From Acanthaster planci (lineage: Eukaryota), in contig NW_019091355.1 in the NCBI RefSeq assembly GCF_001949145.1, positions 2,834,646 to 2,898,645 of the forward strand: DNA of 64,000 nucleotides, read 5' to 3'. The translations under genes were made by a program, and so were the position numbers. Shown here one piece after another: positions 30,938-45,000 of the stretch. Under the pieces are notes generated by a model. It saw nothing but the letters and a program-made list of their open reading frames with translations, did not search any database and was not told where the DNA came from. The first letter of the stretch is position 1, and each line of letters opens with the position of its first letter.

Positions 30938-31419
30938 GGGTCCAGTCCACTAATTCAAGCCCCATTGAAAACAGTGTAAAATCAGCACTGTTCAGGGCCC
31001 AATAACATGCATACCAACATCCCTGAGATTTCAGAAACACAAATGAAATGATTGTCTAGTCCCTAATCTCTTTCAATTTCTTTTCATTTTTTTGTGGGTT
31101 AACCAATTACATTTTCAATTATTCCCACAAAACAAAATCACCCCCCGAAAAGTGATTTTTCCAAGTCCGATTACAGCCATTTTTCAAGTGGCAACCCTCA
31201 ACTTTCGCGGGCACTTACGACCATTTTTCAATCGTAGTTTTTAGCTATTCTGCTCTCATATGAAAGCTCAAAGACCCAGGGAGTTGATCCTGGCAAAGAT
31301 TTACACAATCTCACCATTTTGGGGGACAAACAATCTCCCTTTTCCAAAGATACTGGGGGGGCACTTTCAATGCTAATGAGCTGGCCAGAAATTTGCACTT
31401 GAATTAGTGGTCTGCACCC
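30938..31419 (+). mobile_element. MITE with 22-bp TIRs upstream of LRRC20
   Basis: gggtccagtccactaattcaag / cttgaattagtggtctgcaccc, flanked by taca on both sides (possible 4-bp TSD); second copy at 52988-53247. Confidence 0.85.
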
Positions 31420-33097
31420 TACACGAAAATAGTGCAAAATAGGACCGAAATAGCGCCGCCTGTTGACTCTCGTGGAGAGGTTGGCCTCTGTTTTTTCACT
31501 GGAAATTCAAAATTATTGCGATACTGTACTGCGTGTACTGTGCGCTATGTACATTATGTTGGCGTTCTGGCGATGACGTCATCCAATCAGCCTGGGAGCG
31601 CGAACGGCCAAAAGGGAATTTTTGTGGGCGGGGAGACGCAGGATCTTTTTATTCATTTTGGGGTAACAATGGGGTAAACATTAATTGTTTTTGAAATGGT
31701 TACGTAGTTATTGTTATTTTGAAATACTTCACGGGTTTTTCAAATTTCTGTTAACTTTTAAGCTCTCGGACAAACATTGAGTAAACAATTATATGAACAT
31801 ACGTCAGTGTAAGGGCAAAACCTGTAATTGAAATTAACATCTCCTCAACGCAAGTACATCTTGAAATAGACGTATTTTTGTTCCCTAACGATCTGTTCAA
31901 ACTGTCTGGCGTTTGACCAGTCAGTGCAAAAACAAACGACCACAGACGCATTGACAAAGTATTATCTCACAAACCTAACAACAAATGCTGCGAATACTAT
32001 AAGAAAATCCTCTCTTTAAGGCAACAAGTAATCATATTTAAGGCAGGGTTTAGGTTAGGATAAACTTTCACTGCCCGTACAGAAGAGCATCCAATGCTTG
32101 CCTTTTATTTAGTACATGTCGTATCCAAACGTTATACATTTATGAGTGAAAGCGTGTGGTAGATTCAGGATAAAATAAAATTCGTATCAAGACAGCAAAC
32201 GTGCTAACGTTATGTTATTGGCTACTTGATCATATAAGGACTTAGATAAGCTGATAAACCCTACAAGCATAATTATTCTAGAGAGTAATAGTTTGAAAAA
32301 AAAGTTCATTTACCCGACTTAAAAGTAAGCACTAAATGAACTATGACGGCAGCTTGTGATATTTCGGTTTTTTAAATCACAAAGTTTACTGCATACATAT
32401 TACAAAATTATTGAGGTGATTCATAGCAACTAGTGACTAATATCTGTGTTTAAAAAGCTTCTACATAGGCCCTCTTTTACTCTGTTATCTTAATTTTTGA
32501 CCGTACATTTCTTCAGGATAATGGTCTTGCTGGGAAGTGGACTTTAAATAAGCCACTTTAATTAGGTAACAAGTTAAAAGGAACTGTAGGCAAATATCTT
32601 AACTTAGAGATATCCAAAATAATCATCTTGTTCTCACGAATTTAACGGGCTATACCTTCCCAAGAACTTCTGCTTAAAATATCCAATCAACAAATTTTCT
32701 AAAACCTTACATACCCCACATTTTGGAATTATTTAAATATGTGTATATTAATATGCTTTGAGATATTTGCAATTATATGTGCACATGGCAAAAGTGAAAA
32801 AGTTCATCATAATGATCGTTTACTGACAGGGATTTTTGAACAGTGAAGACGAATTCAGTAGTTGTTGCGCAAGGGATTTAAAGGGTCTACTGCTGATACG
32901 TTCCAACTTTTTATTTCAGGGCATACCTTGTCTTTTCCCTGTTTTTTGATCTCCTGCTCTCAACGTTTCTTTAATCACTTCAAAGACAGATCAGAAAACC
33001 ACGGCCCACTCGAATACGGTTCGTTCGCCTTCCAAATATTTCGAATACGTGTATTGAACTCTGCTAGTTTCAATCCTTGTTAATGATCCAAAAAATC

Positions 33098-36000
33098 TCA
33101 TTTTTTGTCGGTCAGCGCGGCCTCAATGAGCTCTATTTGGCTACCCCGCAAGCTCACATCGTCGTTCATGTCTTCTGCAGCTGGATATTCTGTAAACGCA
33201 CCGAGAAAAAATTAATAAAAGTTGTATGTGATTGGTAAGTTTATACATATATCTATGCACTGACTGACATCTGCTTCCACCAAAGACAGGTTCATATAAA
33301 ATCAAATCAGAAAAATGCCCAGCGAAAAATAATGAATTTTTTTTCATTTTTGCTTGTTAACTGATTTGTACCGTGAAAATTCATTCAGTTTTACTAGGTA
33401 CTAGTCAAAACTGCATGTCATGTTTTTTGTATGAAGTTTCCGTATAAAATAAAAAGCGCCCCAAAATTAATTATAGACAATTGCCTTTTTTCTTCCATAC
33501 AGTCAGGTTTCCGTATTTTGCCTTTGTATAAATGATTCTTTATAATATGCTTTTTCGTGTCATTAACGTCGGGCAAAACTCACCCGGAATGGATCCCCTC
33601 GATTCAGCAAGCTGGACGCGCGATGAATCGTCGAAGGAGCCGCGCTTGAAGAGAACTCTCCTGGCACGCGGCAGGGACTGCAGAAGTAACAGTGTGGCCT
33701 TGATGGTTGCGATGACCGCCACTCCTACTGAGCGATCGTTCGGAGCAATCAGCGATTCAACCACTATCCACGCGATCATCAAAATCAAACTGCCTAAAGT
33801 AGCAGGAAGTCAAACGGAAAAGAGTGCAAGTAAGTGTCTATCGTCCGGGGTTTAACCAAAACCCTGTTTGACAACATTCTTTCTTACAGGAACTGATTCT
33901 CACTTAATTCTAAGTTCTCTCTCAGGCAGTGATGAGGTTGCTGGGTTGTGGCGGTTGTTACAACATACCTCGCCCAAATAGGTGTATTTAAGTAACACAG
34001 ATTCAACTTACCTGCATTCATAAGCTGCAGTGTTATCAACTCGACCAAGGAAACCATGTTCTTCTTTCTCCAGGTTAGAAGAATAGGGAAGAATGCCATG
34101 ACAATTAGCGCATGCACATACGAAAGGGATGCCGAGATGGATGCACCGTTCGCACACACAGCCGTGACGGAGCCGTTTCCGTTGAAGGCGTTTGGCGCGT
34201 CACTCGCCATCAACTCAGGGGGCTGTAAAATGAGCCATTCTGCCACTATCACGACCTCCAGCGCCATCAAGATGAAAAACGCCGCCGCCTGCCCCGAAAC
34301 GTTCATTAAAGACATTGACATCTTGCCGGAGATCACGTGTACTTGCATGGAGAGCCAACACAACCGCACTGCCATGAGAAATATGGCAATCTGGCAGAAC
34401 GCAAAAGCGATTCCCGGCCACACTCGCCTGATGCCACAGGTGACAACGCTGGGCGGTGCAGCGTAGATGGGAACCAACAAGTACGCGAGGACAATGCCCA
34501 CCAAGAGCATGACGCAAAGGAATGGGGACATCGCTTCGGTCACCGGGCGTTTCCAGCGACAAGCATTCATGAAAATCAATGCCAGTGACAGTATGATCCC
34601 TATGACAGCGATGATCTGGAGGATTGTGAACCAGCTCGATGTCAGGTTGGACACGCCCACGAGTGGTTGCGTAGTGCCAGACTGTGATTTGGTGGTGGTA
34701 TGTATTGTCTCCGGGCTTTCAGTTGCCGTGGTGGCTTTGGCTGTCGTAGCACTCTTAGTCGTCATAGTAATTTTGTTGGTGGCAACTGTCGTGCCTCTAG
34801 CCGTGCTGGAGACAGGGGTAGTGGTCGGCAAAGAGGGTTGGGGAGATGATCCAGGACATTGGGATGACACAGGAGTTGTGACAGGTTGGCCTTGTGGATT
34901 TAACAAGTCTACACGGCCATTCTCTATGGAGATATTTCCTGACATCCAGCTCCCGACCTATAAATAACATTAAAAATACTCTTTAACATACCTGTAAACG
35001 TACAAAAATGTAAAGGAAGGCATTCAACATAATTTACATTCCAGGCCCATTTCAAGATTTAAAAGTGTATTTTTTTTAAATTTAACTTATCTTCAGGTCA
35101 TGTGCCGAAAAGTACATCAACTAGTGCACTGCCATCACAGAGCACGTGAAAAATGAATGCGTATTTACCATGCCAAATTGATTAGAGTTATTAATCTGCT
35201 TATAGTTCCATATGATGAATCGTTCCACTGATGCACCATTCTCGAAGTTAACTTTACTTCCATCTTCACCCGTAAATGAAGATTCCTTAATTCCTTGCTG
35301 TAGTTCCTCTGCACTCAAGCCGACAAAAGCAGCACACAAGCCCGGGGTGCTTCCACAGCGCCTATCCCTGAGGTCATCCAAGCCGTAAGCTATGGCATAG
35401 ACAGCATTGATGACGTTGGCTGACAGGGCATAGCTTCCACGAGTAACTTGCAGGGAGGCGTTTTCGAATCGACTGCATTCTTCCGAGAAGTGACCAGCAG
35501 GATTCACACTGCAGTTGTACTTGTAACCAATGAATTCTTGGAACCAGGGGTTGCGTTGATTCGAGAGAGCCGTCAGTGAGGAGAAATACTCCTCGAACCC
35601 AGGAACGCGTTTGGGTGGACTGGTGATTGAAAGAGCACCCAGATACGAACTGCCAGATAATTCGTTTTCCTCGAGCCCGCTAAATGCGATCACCCATTGG
35701 AGATGGCGTGCCCTGTTTTGTCTTTCTACCGCCTCCATAAGTTGTAAGGTGTCTTCCTTATCTGTGAACAGGACGACGACATTCAAATCTGTTGTTTCAT
35801 AAATGCTTTGCAGAAGAGCTGGTATATCAGCTTGTCCAATGGCTGCCTGTGTCCCAATACAAAGTCCACGACGATCAGCTTCACGGATGAAGGTATCTCT
35901 TTCTGTGAGACAACGATAAAGTGTATTTAATCAATGTTAGAAGAAATGTGCACATTTCTGAAATTCTTAAACACACACCCCCCAAATAAAACCTCTGCCG

Positions 36001-39000
36001 ACATTGTCATGAGACAAAACCTTTGAGGTATGTTTTACTTACGTTGCACCCGATACTCTGTCGAGGATGATATCAGAGATGCATACTGCCACTGGAAATA
36101 CTCTAGCAACTGCATGACAGCCGAAACCTGATTATCGACGGTGGGTCCTACTTGCAAAAGATTACTGAAGTTCTCATCCGTTGTTCCTGCCCCATAGCTC
36201 ACCTTTGTTTTAAGAAATCCAACGATGCATAGATATGAAAGGGGAGTGTTATTCATCAATAACAATTGAGAAGAAAGTACTCAGTGCATGTGCTTTAGAT
36301 GTCCGATGATTCAGTTGATCGGACCAAACATTTGTGTAAAGCATAACTCTATGACTGAGCATTAAAGAAAACGACCTGAAAGGACCGATTTACTGTTCAA
36401 ACATCTAATTAAAAAAAAGTTGGTCTCTTTCATTTGTTTATTTTGTTCAATCGATTTGAATCAAGTGGTATATTACTTATCAACTATACTTTTTTACCAA
36501 AAGCTCTAAAGATTTTTGCAGAGAAATAACATACTAATTGGTAAAACACTAACATTATGACGGACGGACTTTCTGGGAAAATGTACTTGACTAAAGTAGC
36601 ACTCTAAAGGTATGCTTGATTAAATCAGATCTGTGGCTGACCTGTGCATACTTGTACTGCTTGGTAAGCGATGCTGTGGTCAAGGTGACTTGATCGCTTT
36701 CACCCCCAACTACGCCACCTATCAACGACCAGACATTGTGGATGCTATCCTCTTGAAGTGAACGAGATCCGCTGAACACAGACGACAAGTCACGCACTCC
36801 ACGAGACCCTCGAGAGCACGTGTCGAACGCAGTAGCTCCCACCGCCACGCCATTCAGCATCATGGGATCGGCATTGATCCGATCAATAGCATACAACATG
36901 GCCTCCAGGTTCACCATGCCGGCATCCCTGAGCTCGCCGCATTCAGCGAGATGGTCCCCTGACGCATGCAGGTCGAACAGGCCCAGGATTTGTATTGGTG
37001 CAGGAACCCGCACGTAGGGGTTTTCTTCAACTCTGTTACACTCTGCACAGCGTCCGAGGCACTTGGTTGGACCAACAGATGGCGCTGAATTTAAAGTCAA
37101 CCTTTCTGGTGTCCAGTTTCCAACCTAAGAATCAAAATACCGTCCATAGCAATCTAAGCAAATTATTCCCAAGATGTTTCATGTAATAACGTGAGATCAA
37201 AGGAGTCATCGATGCTTCACAGAAGGAGAAATACAAAGCCTTAGGCTAACATAACACATTCTTCAGAGACGCATCTTGGTATTGCTTCTAAAATATTGAA
37301 CCATGACAATGTGGCTTCATAGTTTGCGACTGACACTCAGAGGCAACATAGGCAAGAGATGTCCATTCGAGTATCTCTAAAATCAAATGCCCGATTGTTG
37401 TCTCAACTTGTTCGTGAAATATGTTGGACTCTGAGATCAACCTTCTTAACGTTGTGTCAGGTATCGGGTGATTTTTTTCAATATAGTTGCTCTCATTCGA
37501 GCCTACATTAATTTGTGACAGACACTGGTTGAAAACGGTAACCGGTAATCATGCAGAAAATACCTTCATGTAGGAGTTCCCGACTCCAGTGTCATTCGCT
37601 TCAATGTGCAGGACGTCAAAGAAAGGTGCACCGTTGCCGTTTTCGTCCAATTTGAAAACCGATCCGTCAAGCCTTGTTATAGTTGCTTCTCTTACGTAAC
37701 GATGTAAAATGTCCGGATGAGAAGCAAGGTCATCACAGATATATCTGGGAGGAAAAAGGGTGATTTTTTACGTCTTTGATGATACATAAAAGAAATTCAC
37801 AAAAAGATTAATTCAACGAGAAATTGATCGCAAATGTCTTTCACACACGATAGATAGTAAGACACGTAAAGAGCAAGCTTAACCAAATAATAATAAAGGA
37901 ATGTTATGATAAGGTCAAAGTGCGTGGAAATCGAATCAAAAGTCTGAAGTCTAAAAATTCCATTCTTTCAACCAAAGACGAGACAAAAGCAGCGAGAAGG
38001 GTGATGGGGTGATATTAACTGTTGACTTTTTTAAAGAAAGTGACAAAGGAATGCATAAAGATTGGTCCCTTACCTCGTTATTTCGGGACATATTTCTTGC
38101 ATAGCGTTATGCAGACCAGTTGCAAAAAGTTGCACAGCATCTATGATGTACGCAACTTCCGTTTCCTGCATATAGACAGATTCCAAATTTAGCTGCCAAG
38201 GACAAGACACATTGTACCTAGTGGAACCAAAGGTGTTGCACTGGAATGTGTCCTCCCAGTACGTTATCCACCACGGATTGCGGCGGTTCGCGTACACCTG
38301 CAGCCGTATGATGTAGTCCTTGAAGGCTTGTATCATCGGAGCTTTTTGGAACCTCAACGTAAGTGCTCCACGGGAGGTTACCTGCGCATGCTCTATGACG
38401 TAATCACGGTCACCCCATGCGTCCGTTCCAATCCACTGGAGGTCTGTCACACTAATTCGCTCGGCTGCCTCTAGAACACGTCTGGTGTCTATATCTGACG
38501 TCAGTAAAAGCACTGTTTGGGCATAGGGATTGGTTTGAAGCTGGCGGACAATCATCTCATAGTCTCTGCTGGTGTACGTTGGTAGTAACCGAAGACTCAT
38601 CGCCACGCAAACCGAGGTCCTCGCCAAGTTCTGTTGGACTCCCTTCCAGAGGTCGGTACCGTACAAATTGTCTGAATACACCACCGACACATACTGCCAG
38701 TTCGCGGCTTGAAGCAAGTCCACGATGGCCCGGGCCTGCATGTTGTCAGACGGCACCGTCCGGAGGAAGTAGGGAAACTTGCCGGAATTATCCAGTTCAG
38801 ACGTTGTTGCGGAGTAGCTGACTTGATTTATACCAAGTGGCGTTAAGGCTTCTGCAACTGTGACTGTCGTGTCGCTGGTCTGACCCCCTATGATTCCAAC
38901 AACCTGCAGATGGTAATATGTATCGAAGGGGGTTAAAGCATATTGTAAAATTTGTTTTTGTTTATGAGTCTCTGTGGCTTTGTTGATTTTTGGTAATGTG

Positions 39001-42000
39001 AAATAGTTTTATAGTTTATTTTATGACCTACTTACACGATATTTTCTCGTCTTCAAATACATTTAAACACACATTTAAAATTTTCTTACCGAAGCACGTG
39101 TCTGAAGATATCCGGATCGGTAATCCACAGCCCCACTCACGAAATTAAGCACCTCCCTTCGAGCCCTATCTGCGCTGCCGCAGCTGTCAAAACCGATGGC
39201 ACCCAATTTCAGTTCCGGCAGAATAGCAGAGTTCAGGTTAACTTGCTCGACGGCAAACAGGAATGCCTCCAGCAACTGGACATTGTAAGGAATGAGCTGG
39301 TCTTTGCACTGTAGGTTATCACTTGTTGGTTCGTGGAGCTCAAACAGTCCTGGGAAGGAATAACAAAAGCGATGGGAGACCTCCTCTAGACGCTTCAGGT
39401 GGCACCAAACACATGCTGGTCCTTTCTACCAGTTCTGAGCATGCGTGAATAGTTCTGAGCACGCGCAATACTATGAAAAAGGACCAGTTTGTCTGCTGCC
39501 ACCAGCGTTTCAAAGTCACTCATTCCGAAGATGTGTATGTGTTGGCACTTAAATTTACATTTACAAGCCAAAACATGGCTTGCCAGTGTGGCGTGAGATA
39601 ACCTTCAGAATATTTATAAATACAAGTATTTGGAAACGTCATTACCTCCGATCCATACATCTCCCCCAGAAACCTCGGCTGTTTGCACCCTCTCGTTCGT
39701 TTTACAGTCATCACATCGACCTTCACAAACAGACTTTGCATCAGCAACTTCAACAAAGGTGTCGTTGACCTTGGTGTACAAAGTGATGTCAGTTCCATCC
39801 ACCGCTCGGAAGTTATAGTTCTGGTAAACACCAACCTGTACAGAGATGCCGTTACAAAATTCGAATTAAAAGACTGGTTTCCAGAGGCATGCAAAATAAA
39901 CACCTTTAAATCGTCATGTGCATGTGTATGTTACCACGAGGAACTACCCGCATGCATATTTTGTATTTTCTGTGATACGTGAAAATGAGCAAAGTTGGGG
40001 TGCAACAACCAATGACATAGGCTTCTTTACGCATTATCGCACTCGTCGGCTGCTAGATTAGCAGACAAAAGACATTATTCATGGTTCAAAGCAATTTTTC
40101 ATGAAATAATTATTTAAGTGTTCCAGGGCAAGTATAGCAGAACTTAGGTGAGTATAGCCGATATTTACCTTCACATCTATTAAGGTTCCATCGGGCATCG
40201 TCTGCACGTTGTATATTTCATAGTCAGGTGCAACATCGCCATATATGTTCATTGCAACGATGTAACCATCATTTACACTTGTAAATCGGTTGGTAAATGG
40301 TACAGTCAAGAGTTGAAAGAGTTCTTCCCCTGTGGCTGTGATCATTGCAGGACAGACATGAAGCTCCCCTGGACAGTAACGAGCGTGAAGGTCTGATATG
40401 GCACGAGCCATGGCGTACACAGCATCCACTGTCTGCGCAATGCGCATGTCCTCACCATCGTCAGGTGTTAGAGATTCAAACCCTGTCAAGAAATACACCA
40501 TACCAGCTATTGTACCTTGAATACCATGATTTCACTAATATTGGACAGTCAGCTAACTTAGTTAAGTTGACACGCGAATCTGCTCAAGTCTTTCTTCCAT
40601 CATTCATGTTCGTTGCGTTCAGTTTAATTTGTAAACATTCAAATTTGTACAATGTATTTGAATTATAGATGTTGTGCTTTTGAATCAAGTAGTGCCCAAT
40701 CGTTATTCAGCTTGACGCATCTCAACTTATTGAGGTTTCCTTTCCGTTAATGTGCCAATCAGTTTGACCACTTGACACAGTCAAAATTATTAATTCCATA
40801 AAGTTTTAAATGCGCGAATAATGCAGCGCTGCAACACGCGCTCAACTGCGCAAGTTGGCATGGCTCACACGCTTCGTTGCCACGTCAATGGGCTTTGTGA
40901 GCATTAATTAGCAGGCGAGTCCGACCTTAGTTTCCATACTTACCTGAACAATCTTCGGCGTAAGCAGACTGCGTTCCTGGGTAGTTACACTGGAACCTAT
41001 CGGCCCAATATTCAGCGAACCATGGGTTGCGTAGGTTTGTTCCCGGCTTCAGTCTTGAAAAATATTCCTTGAATTCTGGATAACTTCGTTTGCCCTCTGA
41101 TAAGAATGTTATCCCTTATAGCAGAAATGCGAAAGAAAAAAGTCTAATCAGTGTTCGTTTATTCACGTGAGGAGATGGATGTTATGTACTGAGCCAACGT
41201 TTAGAACGGAGCTTCAACTTAGACGTAATAGTGGTAACTTGCAAATTTCATCTAGCTCATCAGAGGTATAATGTATATCATCACACGAAAAATTTCGTCA
41301 AATCAACAAAATTGCAAAAAAAAAATGAGTAAAACTGCAAAAGCCCTTAAAAATTATTTTTGATTATATCCCAACTATTTAAGAATTTGATTTCTTAATT
41401 TCATTCCAAATTTTTCGTCTAATACGTGGTAGTCCCTAATTTTCTATATTCCGTCTCAACGATCCTTATCGATTATAACATATTGCAATTGAAATTAAAT
41501 TATTGTGATAGCTATGATTATATCTAATTTGTGTATCCAATACTTGGATTTTAATTTTTATCGATCCGTGTAAATGGAATTTAATTGCATTAGAATTACC
41601 TGGTGCAATTGCAGCGAAATCTGACTGCAGACTCAAGTCAGTCGACCATTCGCTGGCTAAAATCAAGTAAAACTGGTCGAAAAGATTACGCCTTTGAAAT
41701 TCCCCGAGGATGACACGCATATCAGCGTTGGTAGCAGTAATGACGACAACTTTGGCTGAAGAGCGAGTCAGCAAATTTTGGAAAACCTCGTCCATTTGAT
41801 CCCTGTTGTCAGCTGGTGGAATGATTTGAGAAGTTGTCAAACAGACGCCAATCTGAAATAAAAGGAAGCACAACACGATGTCAGTCGTGTGCTTTGGTAA
41901 CTTAGTTCGTCTCCTAAAGCCAGTCAAAGCAATTAAGCTAATTCGCAGAGAGAGAGAGAGAGAGAGTGTGTGAGACTGAAAGACATGCTCCAGTTTAAGA

Positions 42001-45000
42001 GCTCTAGTTTACGAGGACTAACCCTGGTGCCGGTTTGCTGTAAAACAGCTGACAAGAGACGTCCCGAGGCTGTGTTACTGTTGAGCGCCTGCGCATACCT
42101 CCAGCCTTTGGCTAACATTGCCTGGAGCAGAGCGTAACCAGCCGTCGAATCGGGGAAAACTGTGCGCGCAAAATTCGTGTACACGGCCGAGTTGCTCAGG
42201 GTTTGAGCCGTTGCTGCGTAGGATATCATCGGCGTGTCATAAACCTGTTAAATGAAATGAACCTGTTCTTTATCAATTGTGTATAGAGTGCAAACACTGA
42301 GGTGTAAAGGGTTTATAACATATCCTTGATACCCACGTGGATATCCGTTTCTAGATATGGTTTTTGCAGGTCATTACAAATTTTTAGAAACTGGCCCTTA
42401 ACAGTTACTGGAATTACCCCTAGAACTGTGGGGCCTGACGTCGACCCCTGCTCCGGGCGGACGTCTGGCCCAACGATTCTGGGGGTACTTGTAAAATATG
42501 AAGTATTTATGCAAGTTGGAAGAGAAATCATTTAGAAATGAACAACTCACATTGAGAACCCCATTCACTAACTGGCACTCCTCGTCACCATTCGGGCCAA
42601 TGATACCATACACGTGCTCAAGCAGTCCACCCGGCTTAGGCCTCTGGCCCGAGCCGCTCTGTCCGAACTGACTCTGGCTGACCAACTGAAGGGCCTGGTG
42701 ACCGGCTCGATCCGGATGTCCACAGGTGTCAAAGCCATCCATGCCCAGCTTGATGCCCGGCAGAATCGTGGTGTCGTTGTTGATCTTGTCCAGTGCGTAC
42801 ATCATGGCTTCCAGTCGCCTGACGCCGGATTTGTCCATAGCCCCGCACGAGGACTGACTGTCGTTCCAGTTGTGGACGGAGAAAAAGCCCCCGAGAATGA
42901 CATCTCCGGGAATATAAACCTGTTGAGGAAATTAGAATCTATTGTCTATGGTGAACTGTACACGACACACCTCTTCGCCTCTTCCATAGGGGTCGTACAG
43001 TTGCGTTGACTATAATGGTGGACAGAAGTGTCGTAAGTACACTATGACTTATTACGTCAGTTATTCATAATTGGATTAAATCAACCACAAAAAAATGCTC
43101 TGAAATAGCCAGAAACAGTCCTCATTAAGAAAACTGGACGTGTTGTGTTTATTCTAATGAACACTTAACAGCTCATATGAAGTTATGCCCCAAGATGGTA
43201 GATGAATTAGGGTAAATCACTTTGTAATACATGCACGTTATAACTCAGATGTCAGCAAATACACCTTTAAAACCTACTTTGGGAAGAATTGCCAACGTGT
43301 TGTACGTGACTTGGTTGAACTGGTACCGCAAATCGTTTCATGGACTGCGGGCAACTAGTGCCTGTTTCTAAGGAAACGAGAAACCCTACGCATGTGACGT
43401 CACTTCGGTTTAAACCACGCCCACTGCATACAAGTTACCTGGAATCAATTAATCGGAGTTAACGAGCAACGTGATGAGTGTTCACCCAATGGCCGTGGGA
43501 GCTTGTAATCAGTGGTGCGTGCGCCGCCCGTGTATGACGGGGAAGTTATCACGAACCGGTTAAGAAATGGTATGGTACGGTGTGCTTGGGACTTACCATA
43601 GGTCCACTCGTGTCTCCGCAGGCGAGATCCACACACGGGGGGTTGCACTCCGACCGAACTGGGCTCACACCTCCGCTGCTCACCAGCTCAAGTTGGCTGA
43701 CATTTAAGCTGAGCTCGCCTCTCTCGAAAGAACCAAGCTGCAGGCAGACATGGTCAAATTGTAAGGTTTAGTGAAATGGCTGGTCCAATGACAGGCTCAT
43801 AAACGCTTGAATCTGGCGTTTGTAATTGAAAGAGCTTGCGGCGGCTATTTCAGACCGCTACAAATAGCTATCTCACAGATTCATACGTGCATTCTAGGTA
43901 TTTTCCTAACTTTCTGGTCATTAGAATTTGGTGGGAAAGAATACGAACAAGTTCCATCCCAGCATGGTAGCACAATAATGGTTGGCGGTCCTAGATTTCT
44001 ATTGGGTGCATGGCGCCCGCGCACAAGATCGCACATCCAATGAAAATTGGTTGCAAGCTGTATTGGTGCTTTGCACTGAATGCGCACAAACTTATACACT
44101 ACAGTTTTCCTATGACTTTCGTGCCGCACGAGCGAATTACAATTCCATGGTACGGATTAGCAAAAGAGAGTGGCAAAATTATCCACTTTGTAGCAACAAT
44201 GGAGCTTTGTAGGTTGGTTATTTTTGTGTAAAATATTTGCTATGTCTGACACAATGACCAGTGGATTTGTGAGCTGGTAGATCGATAGGTGAACAGCTTA
44301 CTTGATCATAATGACCGGCTAATAAGGTTAACTTACTGGTTCCAGTTGGAAGTTTCCGGCACCATTCATTTTGTAGTTGACTATGTCCAGTCTATTGTAG
44401 TAAGTGTCTCCAGATTGGTGAAATGCAAAATGCTGGCCGTTATCTTTTGTGAAATTGACATTTCTGGAAGAATTGACAAAAGCTGTGTGAATATATTTGT
44501 TTTTTTTACCCCTTTCAACCTCGAACGCAGTTTTTTTTTCAAGAGTGAAATTCATTTTCTTTGACAAATTATTTTTGGCATGTGTAGAATCCTGTTCAAT
44601 TTGTTCAGCTCAGGATGATGTAGGCTATTCGCACATTCTTGGAAACAAGCCATCAAGAGAGACTTGAGAGATGTTGGTAATTTTATGCATATTCTCGACG
44701 TACCAGACATTTTGCACCAGGAATGGTTTCAGCTATAGCGTTGCACCATTATGACGGGGCAATTCGACAAAAACTTCCCTTTTTAAAATCTACTCACTTG
44801 ATGAGCGACAACCATTGTTGGCTTTGATCAGAATCACACGAGCCCGACTGACCAATCACTGAGCAGCTCACGTTGTAGAAAGTTTGAATGTTCGTTGTAA
44901 ATGCCAGGACTGCGTCGATAACACTCGGCACGTAGGGGTGACGTACGTAACTGTGCTCGTGTAGAATTGTTTGGATGCTTGAGCAGTTCTGACTGTAAGA

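Noticed and set aside
44464..44482. Upstream acceptor (cacag, 44482) for GPCR exon 6
   Set aside because: Phase is incompatible with the donor at 44798; the acceptor at 44463 restores frame and gives LIKNVNF.
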